Shown here piece after piece: positions 1-14,052 of a stretch of 64,000 nt of DNA; the first letter of the stretch is position 1, and each line of letters starts with the position of its first letter. Source of the DNA: Malacoraja senta (Eukaryota); the NCBI GenBank assembly GCA_038087875.1, contig CM075991.1, positions 8,992,001-9,056,000 on the forward strand, written 5' to 3'. Below the pieces are notes generated by a model. That model saw only the letters and a list, made by a program, of their open reading frames with translations, made no database searches and was not told the DNA's origin. The position numbers and the translations under genes are program-made.

Positions 1-175
1 TCTTCAGCACTCCAAAGGCGTACAGGTTTGTAGGTTAATTGGCTTCAGTATAACTAAATTGTCCCTAGTGTGTGTATGATAGTGTTCTTGTGCAGGGATC
101 GCTGGTCAGCATGGACTCGGAGGGCCGAAGGGCCTGTCTCCATGCACTATTTCTAAACTAAACTAGCTGTGTATG

Positions 176-468
176 TTTAGTTTAGTTTAGAGATACAATG
201 CGAAAACTGGCCCTTCGGCCCACCGAGTCTGCACCGATTAGCGTTCCCCGCACATTAACACTATCCGACACACTAGGGGACAATCTACATTCATTCCAAG
301 CCAATTAACCTACAAACCTGCGCGTCTTTGGAATGTGGGTGGAAATCGAAGATCTCGGAGAAAACCCACGCACGAATTCCGTTGAGACAAGCACCCGTAG
401 TCAGGATCGAACCCGGGTCTCCTGGCGCTGTAAGGCAGCAACTCTACCGCTGCGCCACTATGCCACCC
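176..468 (-). mobile_element. HE1/V-SINE
   Basis: tRNA-like head (TGGCGCAGCGG A box, GGTTCGATCC B box), V-domain GGTTTCCTCCCACA.TCCAAAGAC, CR1-like tail and (TAAAC)n. A partial plus-strand copy lies at 1-165. Confidence 0.88.
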
Positions 469-1804
469 CAGTTCTTGCTTTCTAAACTCCATCTTCTCCG
501 AGTGCATTGTGTGGGAAGCATTGCTGCTGATCTCTTCACCCCCCCGATTCAGAATGCCCTGGGTGATTATAGCCTGTGCTTAGAGGGAAAAATATTGTAT
601 AACTTCCCTGTGATAACACTATCTGCTCATCTTCAAACTGCGCCACGAGATCCTTTATCTCTAATAAATAGTGCAGCTGGGATACGTTTAATAACTAAAT
701 TGCTTGGAGAACTCGTAAATTCTTATTGTGCTGCTATCTTCTCTGCAAGCAGTTTTTAGTGATTAATGGTTCCTTGTTCTGAATTACACTGTAATGTTAT
801 GACCTTTCAATTAATTACAGATCATATTTATTTACCCTGCCCTTCTGTGTGCTGGCTTTAGATGGCTGCATACAAGCCCAGCACTAGTGATTACATCCCA
901 TGACTGAACTCAGAACAGAGAATCTCTTTCTGGTGTTGAACATGTGAAAGGAGTTGACAGAGAATAATAAAAAAGCAAAAACTCAGTGGGTCAGGCAGCA
1001 TCCCTGGAGAAAAGGAATAGGTGATGTTTCAGATCGGGACAAGGTCTGAAGAAGGGTCTCGACCCGAAACGTCACCTATTCATCAGACAACTGAACCATC
1101 CTACCAATAACTAGAGAGCAGTCCTGAGCTACCATCTACCTCATTGGAGACCTTTGGACTATCTTTGATCAGACATCTTGCACTAAACATTATTCACTTT
1201 ATTCCCTTTATCATGTAACTGTACACTGTGGATGGCTCGAATGTAATCATGTATTGTCTTTCCGCTGACTGGTTGGCACGCAACAAAAGCTTTTCACTGT
1301 CCCTGTGACAATAAACGAAACTCAAACTCGTTCCTTTTCTCCAGAGATGCTGCCTGTCCCATTGAGTTGCTCCAGCTTTTTGTGTCTATCCTCAGTGTAA
1401 ACCGGCATCTGCAGTTCCTTCCTACACAAGAGAAGAAAAAAAAACTGCTGGAGGAATGTCGCGAGTCAGGCAATATCTAGGAGGTAAATGGGCCGATGAT
1501 GATTTGGGTTGGGACCCTTCATCTATTTCCCTGCAACCCCCACTAGTGGAGCTGCTGCCTCACAGTCCCATCGAGCCAGGTTCAATCCTGCCCAAGCGGC
1601 ACTGTCTGCGTGGAGTTTGCACGTTCTCGCTATGACAGTATAGATTTCCTCTGGATGCTCTGCCTCCCTCCCACATCTCAAAGGCGTACAGGTTAACAGG
1701 CTAGTTGACCACTGTGCATTCACCGATGTGTAGGCAATTGGTTGAATCCGATGCTGGTAGGAATGTGGGGAAATAACATAGGATTAGTCCAGTTTTGATG
1801 CAAA

Positions 1805-2708
1805 ATGGATAGAAACAAAGAAAAATAGGTGCAGGAGGCCGCCATCCGGCCCTTCGAGCCAGCACCGCCATCCAATATGATCATGGCTGAACAATACCCC
1901 GTTCCTGCCTTTTTCCCATATCCCTTAATTCCTTTTAGCCCTAAGAGCAAAATATAACTCTCTCTTGAAAACATCCAATGAATTGGCCTCCAATGCCTTC
2001 TGTGGCAGAGAATTCCACAGATTCACAGCTCTCTGGGTCAAGAAGCTTTTCTTCATCTCAGTCCTAAATGGCCTACCCCTTATTTTTAAACTGTGACCCC
2101 TGGTTCTGGACTCCCCAACTTCGGGAACATTTTTCCTGCATGTAGCCTGTCCAATCCTTTAAGAATTTTATATGTTTCTATAAGATATCCTCTCATCCTT
2201 CTAAATTCCAGTGAATGCAAGCCCAGTCGACCCATTCTTTCATCATATGTCAGTCCCGTCATCCCGGGAATTAACCTGGTGAACCTACGCTGCACCCCCT
2301 CAACAGCAATAATGTCCTTCCCCAAATTAGGAGACCAAAATTGCATGCAATACTCCACGTGCGGTCTCACCAGGGCCCTGTACAACTGCAGTAGGACCTC
2401 CTTGCTCCTAAACTCAAATCCTCTCGCAATGAAGGCCAACATGTCATAAGCTTTCTACACTGCCTGTCTCACCTGCATGCTTACTTTCAGCGACTGATGT
2501 ACAAGCAAACCCAGGTCCTGTTGCACCTCCCATTTTCCTAATCTGACACCATTAAGATAATAAACTGCCTTCCTGTTCTTGCCACCAAAGTGGATAGCCT
2601 CACATTTATCCACATTGTACTGCAACTGCCATGCATCTGCCCACTCACCCAACTTATCCAAGTCACCCTGCAGCCTCATAGCATCCTCATCACAGCTAAC
2701 TCTGCCAC
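1805..2708 (-). mobile_element. CR1 (HER1-like) LINE 3' fragment
   Basis: ORF pieces LQGDLDKLGEWA..W and LYRALVRPHVEYC.QFWSP, RRMRG.LIETYK, plus the 3'UTR with GAAGGGCCG.ATGG. Confidence 0.92.
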
Positions 2709-4098
2709 TGTGTGATAGTCAACCTGGATCATTGGGCTAATGGGCCCGTTTCATGCTAATTCTTCAAGCTAGAAATATGAGGAGTGCAGCCAATACATCA
2801 TAGTACAGCTAATCTAAAAACATAAGTTCAAATCCCGCCACAGCGCGTTGGAGTTCAAACTAAGTCTATAATCAAGCATTTAAATCAAAATACTCTGGCC
2901 ATGAGTAATGATGACCTTAAAACAACTGGATTATTGTAAAATCACATGTGGTTCACTAATATAGTTCAGGAGAGGATATCTGGCATTCTTGATCTGCTCT
3001 GGTGACTACAGATGCAATCTAACTTAGTTCAGAGAGGCAGCTTGGACAAGGTGAGGTAGAGGTGCAGTGAACATTCTTGCTTGAAAGGATGATGTGGATT
3101 TGTATCTCTCAGCGCAAGCTGGCCCTCATTCAATACAACTGACATCAACCTGGGCGTAGAGGATACATCAGCTGCTGGTGATGAAAGCACACGAGATAGC
3201 ATGAGGAACAATGCGTATGGAATGTGTAGCAAGGAACTGCAGATGCTGGTTTAAACCGAAGATAGACACAAAAAGCTGGAGTAACTCAGCAGGACAGGCA
3301 GCATCTCTGGAGAGAAGGAATGGGTGACGTTTCGGGTCGAGACCCTTCTTCCGACTGGTTAGGGATAAGGGAAACGAGGGATATAGACGATGATGTGGAA
3401 CAATGAGTAAAAGATATGCAAAAAAAGTAATGATGATAAAGGAAACAAGTGATTGTTAGCTGTTTGTAGGGAGAAAATGAGATGGAGACCTTCATTTGCA
3501 AGGGGTTGCATTGTAATATGTGGGAGCCTGCAATCAAGGAGCCACGAACTCAAAAGGAAGTATTGGCATGAACTGGTTTGCAGGGGAAAGGACTTATAAT
3601 GAGCAAGGGAGTCTGTCAAATTGCTGCACTCTGCAGGAAATGCATCAAGCTGATGGGCAATGTCTCATTAAGGCTGCACCAGTGCTGCTGCGTCCCATGC
3701 ACGTCTGGCACAGGTGAAGGGGCATCCGCGCAGCCAAATTGCTGCACAAAATGAGGCAGCGGTGCATGTTCCCTTCTCAGCCAGCGACCGAGTTATCAAA
3801 GGATATTGTTAAGGCAGAGACAGATAGATTCTTGATTAGTACGTGTGTCAAGGATTATGGGGAGAAGGCAGGAGAATAGGGTTAGGAGAGAGAGAGATAG
3901 ATCAGCCATGATTGAATGGTGGAGTAGACTTGATGGGCCGAAAGTTACTCCTATCACTTATGACCTTATAACACAATCAAACTGGGCTGAAGGGCCTGTT
4001 TCTGTGCTGTACTGTTCTATGTTGTATGTAGTAAAATCAATACCACCGTTCCAGGTATGCACCCTCATAGCTTTGACTCCCACATCTGTTATCTTTTA

Positions 4099-4431
4099 AA
4101 GCCCTGTCCCACTGTACGAGTCCATTCATGAGTTCTCCCCGAGCTTGCCCTGATTCGAACTCGGAGATTTACGGTAATGGCCGCTCGTAGGTACTCGGGG
4201 CTCTCGTGGACTTTTTTCAACATGTTGAAAAATCTTCCCGAGTCTTCCCGAGCTTACCTGCCGTTAGCGAGTCTTCCCGAGTACCTGCTGTTAGCGTTAC
4301 GAGCCGCTAAGAGACGTCCCCGAGCTCCGACGTACCCGCTACGTTCATTCTCCGTGCTTACCACAAGTTTGAATTATTTTTTTAAAACTCAGGAGAGCTC
4401 TTGAATGAACTCGTACCGTGGGACAGGGCTA
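4099..4431. mobile_element. PIF/Harbinger-like MITE
   Basis: TIR AGCCCTGTCCCAC..GTACGAGT, TTA TSD. Inverted copy at 28459-28788. Confidence 0.8.
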
Positions 4432-5659
4432 TTATTAGATCTTATGATTTGCCAAAGACGTCCACACACATTTTCCCCTGAAATGAGAACTCCTCTGAGT
4501 GTGGTTTATATTAGAACAGAGAGACGGAATCATGGCTGCTCCCTTTAGGCTCCGACAATTTCCACCGTAGGTTTTTGATCCCAGCCTCCACCTCCTTCCA
4601 CCACTAACGTATTGATTCAGTCCACTTCAAGACTGCAAGCTCCTCTCTTATATTGATGTTTTAATTCAGGTTCAGGAAGCCAGCAGCTGTCTCATCGGCT
4701 GATAAATCTCTCCGCAGAGCTAAAACAGCCCTCATGATTCAGCCTGACCTGGATCCACAACAGAAGGTGTATTTAACACTGCCGAAATGCCAGCATCCCA
4801 AATCCAAATTGACAGGCTGAAGTAAGAGACAGTTAAGTTCTCTCCCCAGCGTTCCATATAAAGAAATCAAACAGCCTACACTGCCTTCTTGTCAATGACT
4901 AATCAAGCACTCTTTTACACCTTACTATAAATCATTGAACATTGTAATACAAAATCATTGTATTAATCCACGTACGGCGCAGCACGGTGGCGCAGTGGTA
5001 GAGTTGCTGCCTCACAGCGCCAGAGACCCAGGATCGATCCTGGTTACGCCCATGCCTTGCAGAGTGGACCCAAACAGGTCACACACGTGACCAGTCCTAT
5101 TTGACCTCTTACCCTAAACAAACATTGTCAGCATAACACATATAAAATTTCACTTGATAAACCTTCACTTTAAAAAAAAATACGAATCACATATGCAGTA
5201 CAGAACAATATACCTGTAATGCTTTCAGAATTAGAAGAGATGTATTCCACAATTTTATATCATTTTGGGTCACACACGTGACTAAGAATGGGCCATTTTG
5301 AGTGCTGGCCATACAGAGTTTGTACATTTTTCCCCATGACCACGTGGGTTTTCTCCAGGTGCTCCTGTTTCCTCCCGCACTCCAAAGATGTACAGGCTTG
5401 TAGGTTAATTGGGTTTGGTTAAAAAAAAATTAATTGTAAATTGTCCCTATTGGGACTCGATGGGCCAAAAGTCCCATTTCCACGCTGTATCTTTAAAGTC
5501 TATAGTCTAAAGTTTCTGAAGCTAATAAGCTGAGGAGGTGGTAATGAAATAAGGCAATGTTGCAGGCGAAAAAATGGACAGCTTTAACCATGACATGGCA
5601 ACCAGACTTGAATCACATGTCAGGGTCAAGTAGTAAAAACAAAGAATGGCAGATGCTGG

Positions 5660-5960
5660 TTAGGTTTAGTTTCGTGATACAGCGCTGAAACAGGCACTAT
5701 GGTCTGTACCGAGCAGCAATCCCCCACACATTAACACGATCCTGCACACACTAGGAACAATTTACATTCACACCAAGCCAATTAACCTACAAACCTGTAT
5801 GTCTTGAGTGTGGGAGGAAAGCGAAGATCTCGGAGAAAACCCCACAGGGTGAACGTACAAACTCCGTACAGACAGCACCCGTAGTCGTGATCGAACCCGG
5901 GTCTCTGCCGCTGCGAGCGCTGTAAGGCAGCAACTCTACCGCTGCGCCACCATGGCTGCC
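5660..5960 (-). mobile_element. HE1/V-SINE
   Basis: Same consensus; an interrupted plus-strand copy lies at 4975-5510. Confidence 0.85.
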
Positions 5961-6387
5961 GATTCACACAAAAGGACACAAACAACACCTGTCATGTTCT
6001 CCAAAGATGCTGCCTGACCTGCTGAGTTACTCCAGCACTTTGTGTCCTCGTGGTCAAGTATGGAGTTTGCAGGCTCTCCCTGGAACCTTCTGCATTTCCT
6101 CACTCATCCCAAGGATGTGTGGTCATTTGTGTGGCTGCTGTAAGGTGTCCCTGTAAATAGTACAAGCGGTTGGCAGGGGAATCAGTGAAGGAATAAATGG
6201 TCATGTGAGAGAGGAGAGAATACAGGGAGATTGGTATTAGTGTTGGTTTATCATTGTCATGTCGGTAGATGCAGTGAGTAATATTGTTTTGCGTGCTCTC
6301 CAGATAAATCATAACATTCGCGAGTACAATCATGCCATGCATAAGTACAACTTGTAGTGCTAAAGGAGAAAGTACAGAATATACTTC

Positions 6388-6622
6388 ATGTGTAGGAAAG
6401 AACTGCAGATGCTGGTTTAAATCGAAGGTGGTCACAGAATGCAGGAGTAACTCAGCGGGACAGGCAGCATCCCTGGAGAGAAGGAATGGGCGACGTTTCG
6501 GGTCGAGACCCTTCTTCAGATCCTTCTTCTTCTGAAGGGTCTCGACCCAAAATGTCACCCATTCCTTCTCTCCGGGGATGCTGCCGGTCCCGCTGAGTTA
6601 CTCCAGCATTTTGTGTCTACCG
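6388..6622. mobile_element. Penelope-like palindromic insertion (second subfamily)
   Basis: Opposed arms of GGAGTAACTCAGCGGGACAGGCAGCATC. The same family occurs near 980, 1330, 3222, 16688, 16866, 19365, 20640, 35452, 40075, 41538, 44860, 46972 and 58183. Confidence 0.68.
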
Positions 6623-6714
6623 ACAGTATATACTTCAACAAAGTGCAAGTTTTAAAAAAGTGCAAAAGCCACAACGAGGTAGCTTGGGAGATCAGGAAAA
6701 CATCCTTAGCTTAT

Positions 6715-7243
6715 TTTTTTATTTATTTTTTATTTTTATTTATTAGAAGTACATTACAACCAATTACATTAGTACTCGTCACTTATATCTTAGTACAATT
6801 AATGTACTCCGTTTATTCTTTACACTAATAAAGGGAAAGGATGAGATTGAGAGAAAGGAGAAAGTGAAGGAAAAAAGTGAAAGTGTAAAAAACGTGACAA
6901 CAAAAAAGAACAAAGATCTTATAAGAAAGATTTTTTTTTTAAAAAGAGTTAAGAAATAGACCCTAAAAAAGAAGAAAAAAGAGAAAGAGGAAAAAAGAGA
7001 AATACAAATACTTTATTATAAGCATCACGCAAATGGGACATACCAACTCTCCAGCTTTCATCCCCCTATACCTGACCTCAGTTTTTTTTTTAAAGTACTT
7101 TTGCACCCTATACTTGTAATAATTCTATAAATGCAGACCCCGTCAAGTGGAAGTGATCTGGTTTACCTGCCAGGAGGAGTCTTATCTCTTCTAGGTGTAA
7201 TGTTTCGAACATATTTGAAAACCACATGTTTATAGTTGGTATT
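6715..7243 (-). mobile_element. L1-clade LINE 3' end
   Basis: Reverse complement similar to 49930-50450. TSD ACATCCTTAGCTTAT (6700-6714 and 7244-7258). Confidence 0.82.
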
Positions 7244-9055
7244 ACATCCTTAGCTTATAAGAGGTCTATTCAAGAGTCTCATAATATCAAGAAAACGTTG
7301 TTCCTGAATCTGCTGGTACGTGATTTCAAGCATTTGTATCTTCTGCCAGACGGGAGAGGGGAGAAGAGGGAATGATCGGGGTGTGAGCAGTCCTGTATTA
7401 AATGGAGGAATTGAACTAATGGATGCGTTCTGAGGGTCAGAATGCACCTGATGCACTCTGACATAAGGAAATACGGCACCAAATATGTACACAACTTGTT
7501 CAGTTTTCTGTTAGTTACAAGAGAGCGTGAGGGGTCTGGTAACCTTGAAGAAGATTTGGATGGGGATTAAATGGTTTTGGATTAATCAACATCTAATTAA
7601 TGCAGAAAAACACTTTACAGAAGCTTCGTAGAGAAATATTAAGACAATTGTCCAGAGAGTCGGTCAAAGAGGAAGCTTTGTGTAGTGTATCAATGGATGG
7701 AAATGAAGTAGAAATGAGAAATAAAAAGTTCAGGATGGTAGGTCCAGGACTTCGTCAGCTGAAGGCACAGCCCTGAATAAAATTCATAAGTTCATAAATT
7801 CACAAGTGACAGAAGCAGAATAAGGCTATGCAGCCCATCAATTCTACTCTGCCATTCAATCATGGCCGATCTATCTTTCCCTCTCAACCCCATTCTCCTG
7901 CCTTCTCCCCATAATCCCCGACAGCCTTAATAATCATGAATCTATCAATACCTGCCTTAAAAAATATCCATTGCCTTGGCCTCCACAGCTTTCTGTGGCA
8001 ATGAATTCCACAGATTCACCACCCTCTGACTAAAGAAATTCCTCCTCATCTCATTCCTAAAGGCATGTCCTTTTATTCTGAGGTTGTGGAAACATTCTGG
8101 GAATTGGGAATGTGTAAATAGCCCTGGATAGAGTGGATGTGGAGAGGATGTTTCCACTAGTCTGAGAGTCCAGGACCAGATGTCATAGCCTCAGAATTAA
8201 AGGATGTTCCTTTAGGAAGGAGATGAGGGGGAATTTCTTAAGTCAGAGGGGTGGAATCTCACAAGGTCATAAGTGGTAGGAGCAGAATTAGGCCATTCGG
8301 CCCATCAAGTCTACTCCGCCATTCAATCATGGCTGATTTATGTCTCTCTCCTAACCCCATTCTCCTGCCTTCTCCCTGTAACACCTGACACCCGTACCTA
8401 TCTCTGCCTGAGAAATATCCATTGACTTGGCCTCCACAGCCCTCTGTGGCAAAGAATATGTGGAATTCATTGCCACAGAAGGCTGTGGAGGCGGTCAATG
8501 GATGATGAAAGATTTGATGGCCGAATGCCTAATTCTCCTCCTTTCACTTATGAACATGAAATAAATCAGAGTTGCAAGGTTGGAGATTACAGAAACACAC
8601 AGGGGAGAAATGATTTAAAAACAAGAGCAGGAACTTTACAATAGTTATCAGATGTAAACCCTTGCAAAAGATAAATGATGGAGCAGCAAGCAGTTATTCA
8701 CTTTTTCCCTGGTTTTCTCCTTATTTATACACCCATTCTTTTGGAATATATTTTTACACAATTTAAATGATGGCAGGGGAAATCGAATGCAGACATTGAA
8801 AGGTCTGTTCTCAGGCCATTATATTGATCACAGACATTAAAGGGGAGATTTTGTCTGATCACGTTACTGAAAAATGCTTCAAAATGCTTCATGTTGAATG
8901 GATTAGTTTGAAGTCATGCATCTGTTGTTACGCCAGGAAACGATTAGCAGAATAAATAACGATAGCTGGAGAGGAATGTGGCACGGATTTTTCTCGTACC
9001 GCATGAAAAAAGGCCATTCTCTCCATCAAGTCCCTGCTAAAGATCAACAGTCCAT

Positions 9056-9348
9056 TTTTAGTTTAATTTAGGAATACAGCGCGGAAACAGGCCCTTCGGC
9101 CCACCGAGCAGCGATTCCCCACACTATCTACACACACTAGGGACAATTGACATTTATGCCAAGCCAACTAACCTGCAAGCCTGTACGTCTTTGGAGTGTG
9201 GGAGGAAACCGAAGATCTCGGAGAAAAGCCACGCAAGTCGCGGGAAGAACGCACAAACTCCGTATGGACAGCACCCATAGTGGGGGTCGAACCCAGGACC
9301 CGGGGGCTCTGGCGCCGTAGGGCAGCAACTCCAACGCTGCGCCACTGT
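9056..9348 (-). mobile_element. HE1/V-SINE
   Basis: Same consensus; another minus copy at 11540-11785. Confidence 0.85.
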
Positions 9349-10239
9349 GCGTGGGAAGAATCTATTTATTCGTCCCACATTCATTTCATCTCCATGCAGA
9401 TTCTGTTACTTAACTACACACTACAGGCCGTTTACAGCAGCCAGTTAACCCACAGACCTCGGGATGTGGGAAGAAACATAGTCATCTGGTGGATGACTTA
9501 CAGGCAAACTCCACACAGACAGCATCGGAGATTGGAATTGAACCCAAGTTACTTGGGCTGTGAAGCAAAAATTCGACCGGTTCCACAAATGTGCTCTTCT
9601 ATTCCTCTTTATGATAATCAAATAGAGTCATTGAGTGATACAGTGCGGAAACAGGCCCAACTTGCCCACACTGGCCAACATGTCCCAGCTACACTAGTCC
9701 CACCAGCCTGCGCTTGGTCCTTATCCCTCCAAACCTGTCCGATTCATGTACCTGTCTAACTGTTTCTTTAATGTTGGGATAGTCCCAGCCTCACTTACCT
9801 CCTCCGGCAGCTTGTTCCATACACCCACCACCCTCTGTGTGCAAAAGTTACCCCTCAAATTCCTATTAAATCTTTTCCCCTTCATCTTGAACCTATAGCC
9901 TCTAGTCCTTGATTCCCCTACTCTGGGCAAGAGATTCTGTGCATCTACCAACGCGTTGATTCTTGTGACAGATTGGAGAGGTGTAACGGAGACATGTTAA
10001 TGGCAAGGCCAGTATTTACTTTCCACCCTGGCTGCCTTGAGTAGATGAGTCAAGAGAGTTTAATTGTAATATGTACCGACAGTGGAACAATTATATTAAT
10101 ACTTGCTACAGCTTAACCAGCCGTAAATGTAACGACACAGATAATATATAATAATAAAAAATTCAATAAATTAATAACTATAATACCAGGTACCTATAAT
10201 AGTACAGTGGTAACCTATAATAGAGAACCTTGTAACCTG

Positions 10240-11210
10240 GTGTCAAGTCAACAATCTTTCTCTCAATGTCAGCAAGACCCTGTGTGGTTCCTTACTTCCT
10301 AAAATTGGTCACTATCTCCTCTGAGATAGTGACCAATTTCAGGAAGTAAGGAACCACACATGTCCCAGTCTACATTGATCGCACTGAACTAGAGATGGTT
10401 GAAAGATTCAAGTTCCTAGTAGTAAATATCACCAACAACAGGCTTATATTCACTGGAGTTTAGAAGGATGAGGGGGGGATCTTATAGAAACATATAAAAT
10501 TATAAAAGGACTGAACAAGCTAGATGCAGGAAAAATGTCCCCAATGTTGGGCGAGTCCAGAACCAGGGGTCACAGTCTTAGAATAAAGGGGAGGCCATTT
10601 AAGACTGAGGTGAGAAAAAATGTTTTCACCCAGAGAGTTGTGAATTTATGGAATTCCCTGCCACAGAGGGCAGTGGAGGCCAAGTCACTGGAAGGATTTA
10701 AGAGAGAGTTAGATAGAGCTCGAGGGGCTAGTGGAGTCAAGGGATATGGGGAGAAGGCAGGCACGGGTTATTGATAGGGGCCGATCAGCCTTGATCACAA
10801 TGAATGGCGGTGCTGGCTCGAAGGGCCGAATGGCCTCCTCCTGCACCTATTTTCTATGTTTCTATCTTGTACTGGACTAGCCGCATCGAAGCAATGGTCA
10901 AGAAAGCACACCAATACTTCTACTTCCTTCAAAGAACTAGTAAGTTTGGCATGTCCCCAACAACTCTCACCAACTTCTACAGACGCGCCGTAGAGAGCAT
11001 TTTATCGGGATGGATGGTTTGGGAACATGACCACAAGAAATTGCTGACTATTTTGTAAGCAGCCATCACACAAACCAACCTCCTTTCCATTTACTCCATC
11101 TACACGTCACACTGCCTCGGCAAGGCCAGCAGCATAATCAAGGACCAGTCTCACCCTTGTCACTCCATTTTCTCCCCTCTCCCATGAGGCAAGAGGTACA
11201 GAAGCGTACC
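10240..11210 (+). mobile_element. Rex1/Babar LINE ORF2 C-terminal fragment
   Basis: VKKAHQYFYFLQR..FGMSPTTLTNFYR.AVESILSG. Related pieces at 48660-49110, 52975-53290 and 1085-1325. Confidence 0.75.
10440..10865 (+). mobile_element. CR1 3' fragment nested in Rex-Babar
   Basis: SRTRGHSLRI..FTQRVVNLWNSLP plus 3'UTR. Confidence 0.88.
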
Positions 11211-11860
11211 CAGTCTTTTACCCAGAGTAGGGGAATCGAGCACCAGAGGACATAGGTTTAAGACGAGATGGGAAAGATTTAATAGGAACCCGAGGGGCAT
11301 TTTTTTTTACCACACAGAGGGTGGTGTGTGTATGGAACGAGCTGCCAGAGAAGGTAGTTGAGGCAAGCACTAAAACATTTAAAAGACATTTGGACAGGTA
11401 CATCAACAGGAAAGGTTAAGGGATATGGGCCAAATGCAGGCAGGTGGGGCTTGCGTAGATGGGGCATCTTTGTCAGCATGGGCAAGATGGGCCGATGGGC
11501 CGAAGGACAGTTAACCCTTCCCCCCACTGAGTATGCAATCCGTGCACCTTAACACAAACCTACACACACACACTAGGGACAATTTACATTTATACTAATC
11601 CAATTAACCTACAAACCTGTACATCTTTGGAGTGTGGAAGGAAACCGAAGATCTCGGAGAAAACCCACACAGGTCACAGGGAGAAGGTACAAACTCCGTA
11701 CAGACAAGCACCCGTAGTCAGGATCGAACCCGGGTCTCCAACGCTGTAAGGCAGTAGCTCTACCGCTGCGCCACCATGCTGCCCTTTCTTGACATTCAAT
11801 TGCTTCTGGTCTCTGTATTTACACACCTTCTTATTAGTTTTCCACAGCACCAACTTGAGG

Positions 11861-12906
11861 TAGCAATGTTACAAAATTTGGAGATTTTAAAAATCAAGTC
11901 TGCAATTTATCCCATCAGATAAAGCATAAAAAGACGTTTAATTTGACACCTAATTCACTTTCATATCTTCAGTATTAAAAAAGTTATGGCCATTTTCATA
12001 CTCGGAAATTAGCATCTTGTTCCCTATTGCTTTTCCATTGACGTAACACAAAAGCTGTGATCGAGGACAGTCAAAAGCCCATAACTTTCTTAAAAATTAA
12101 GAGAACTGAAAGAAATTTTCAGTTATTATAGATTGAAGCATTCTGAAACAAATATGAAACAATCTTACTTAGATGACATGAAATTAAAGCATATAATTAG
12201 TTAGTTACCTAATTGTAGCTAATTACAAAATTCAATTACTAGATCTAAACATCTATCAATTTCTTAAGAATAGATTAACATTTTTAAATAGCCTAAGTGT
12301 CCAAATAACATTCACACAAGAATTCACAATATAACATAATTTGTAAATCTCATTGTCATGGATTTATAGGCCAAATGGAAGGAATTTAATGTTTAACACC
12401 TCTAAATTAATGGCCATTTAAATCATCTTGCGAGTGGGTTTTTCTGGAACGTGATCAATTGGAAAGTTGATTTGCGGTGAATTTAAACCCGTATCGGCAT
12501 GAAAAATACTGCCGGTTCGTTCGGGGAATAAAATAACCGTTTCGCAATTTAAAATGTGAATTAAAGGCCTCTTAAGAAGCACTTTTATACATAAAATAAA
12601 CAGCTTTCGTTTACCTGTCCCGTGCGTGAAATCCGTCCCCGTTGTCAGCGTTGACGGCTTTCGAAGCTGATTTTAAAATAACTCCAGCGCTGAAATTGTC
12701 GGGCGAATAAAAATAAAAAATACACAAAACGCCCATCGGAACGATTCTTCAGCAAAAGCTTGCACTCCAACGAAATATAATTCAGGACAAGGTAGGAGAA
12801 ACCCGCGTTTTAACCCCGCCCCCCCCCCCTTAAAGGCGCCAAAATCGCGCACACGGCCTGTGGCAGAATTGCAGCGCTGCTGAAGGTAAGTATTGTAACA
12901 TACCTA
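11861..12906 (+). mobile_element. Non-autonomous DNA transposon (TAG...CTA termini), copy 1
   Basis: Imperfect TIRs TAGCAATGTTACAA / TTGTAACATACCTA, TSD CTTGAGG (11854-11860 and 12907-12913), no ORF. Confidence 0.85.
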
Positions 12907-13010
12907 CTTGAGGTTGAGCAGGCTGGAACTCTATTCCTTGGAGCACAGGAGGAGGAGGGGTGATCTTATCGAGGTGCACAAAATCATGAGAGGAATAGAT
13001 CAGATAAAGG

Positions 13011-14052
13011 TAGGTATGTTACAATACTTGCCTTCAGCGGCGCTGTAATTCTGTCACTGGCCGTGTGCGCAATTTTGGCGCCTTTAAGGGGGGGCGGGGC
13101 TAAAGCGTGGGTTTCTCCTCCCTTGTCCTGAATTATACTTTGTTGGAGTACAAGCTTCTCTGGAAGAAGCGTTCCGAGTGCCGTTTTGCGTAGTTTGTTT
13201 TAAAAATCTCCCAACAAGTTCAGCGTTGGAATCATTTTAAAATCATCTTCTGAAGCGTCAACGCCAACAACGGGGACGGATTTCACACACGGGAAAGGTA
13301 AACGAAAGTGCTTTATTTTAATGTATAAACGTTCTCCTTAAGAGGCCTTTAATTCACATTTTTACATGCGACACGGTGATTTTATTCCCCGAATTAACGG
13401 CAGTATTTTTCATGCCAATACGGGGTTAAATTCACTGCAAATCAACGTTCCAAAAGATCGCGTTCCAGAAATCCTCACTCGCAAGATGAATTAAATCCCC
13501 ATTAATTTACAGGTATTAAACATTCAATTCCTTCCATTTGGCCTGTAAATTCATGAAAATTAGATTTAAAAATTATGTTATATTGTGAATTATTGTGTGA
13601 ATGTTATTTGGACACTTAGGCTATTTAAAAATGTTAATCTATTCTTAAGTAATTGATAGATGTTTAGATCTAGTAATTGAATTTTGTAATTAGCTACAAT
13701 TAGGTAACTAACTAATTATATGCTTTACTTTCATGTCTTCGAAGTAAGATTGTTTCATATTTGTTTCAGAATGCTTCAGTCTATAATAACTGAAAATTTC
13801 TTTCAGTTATCATAATTTTTAAGAAAGTTATGGGCTTTTAACTGTCCTCGATCACAACTTTTGTGTTAAGTCAATGGAAAAGCAATAGGGAACTAGATGC
13901 TAATTTCTGAGTATGATAATGGCCATAACTTTTTTTAATACTGAAGATATGAAAGTGAATTAAGTGTCAAATTAAACTTCTTTTTATGCTTTATCTGATG
14001 GGATAAATTGCAGACTTTATTTTTAAAATCTCAAAATTTTGTAACATTGCTA
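13011..14052 (-). mobile_element. Same DNA transposon family, copy 2, inverted
   Basis: Reverse-complement homology to 11861-12906 along its whole length. TSD ATAAAGG (13004-13010 and 14053-14059). Interrupts a CR1 fragment. Confidence 0.85.
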
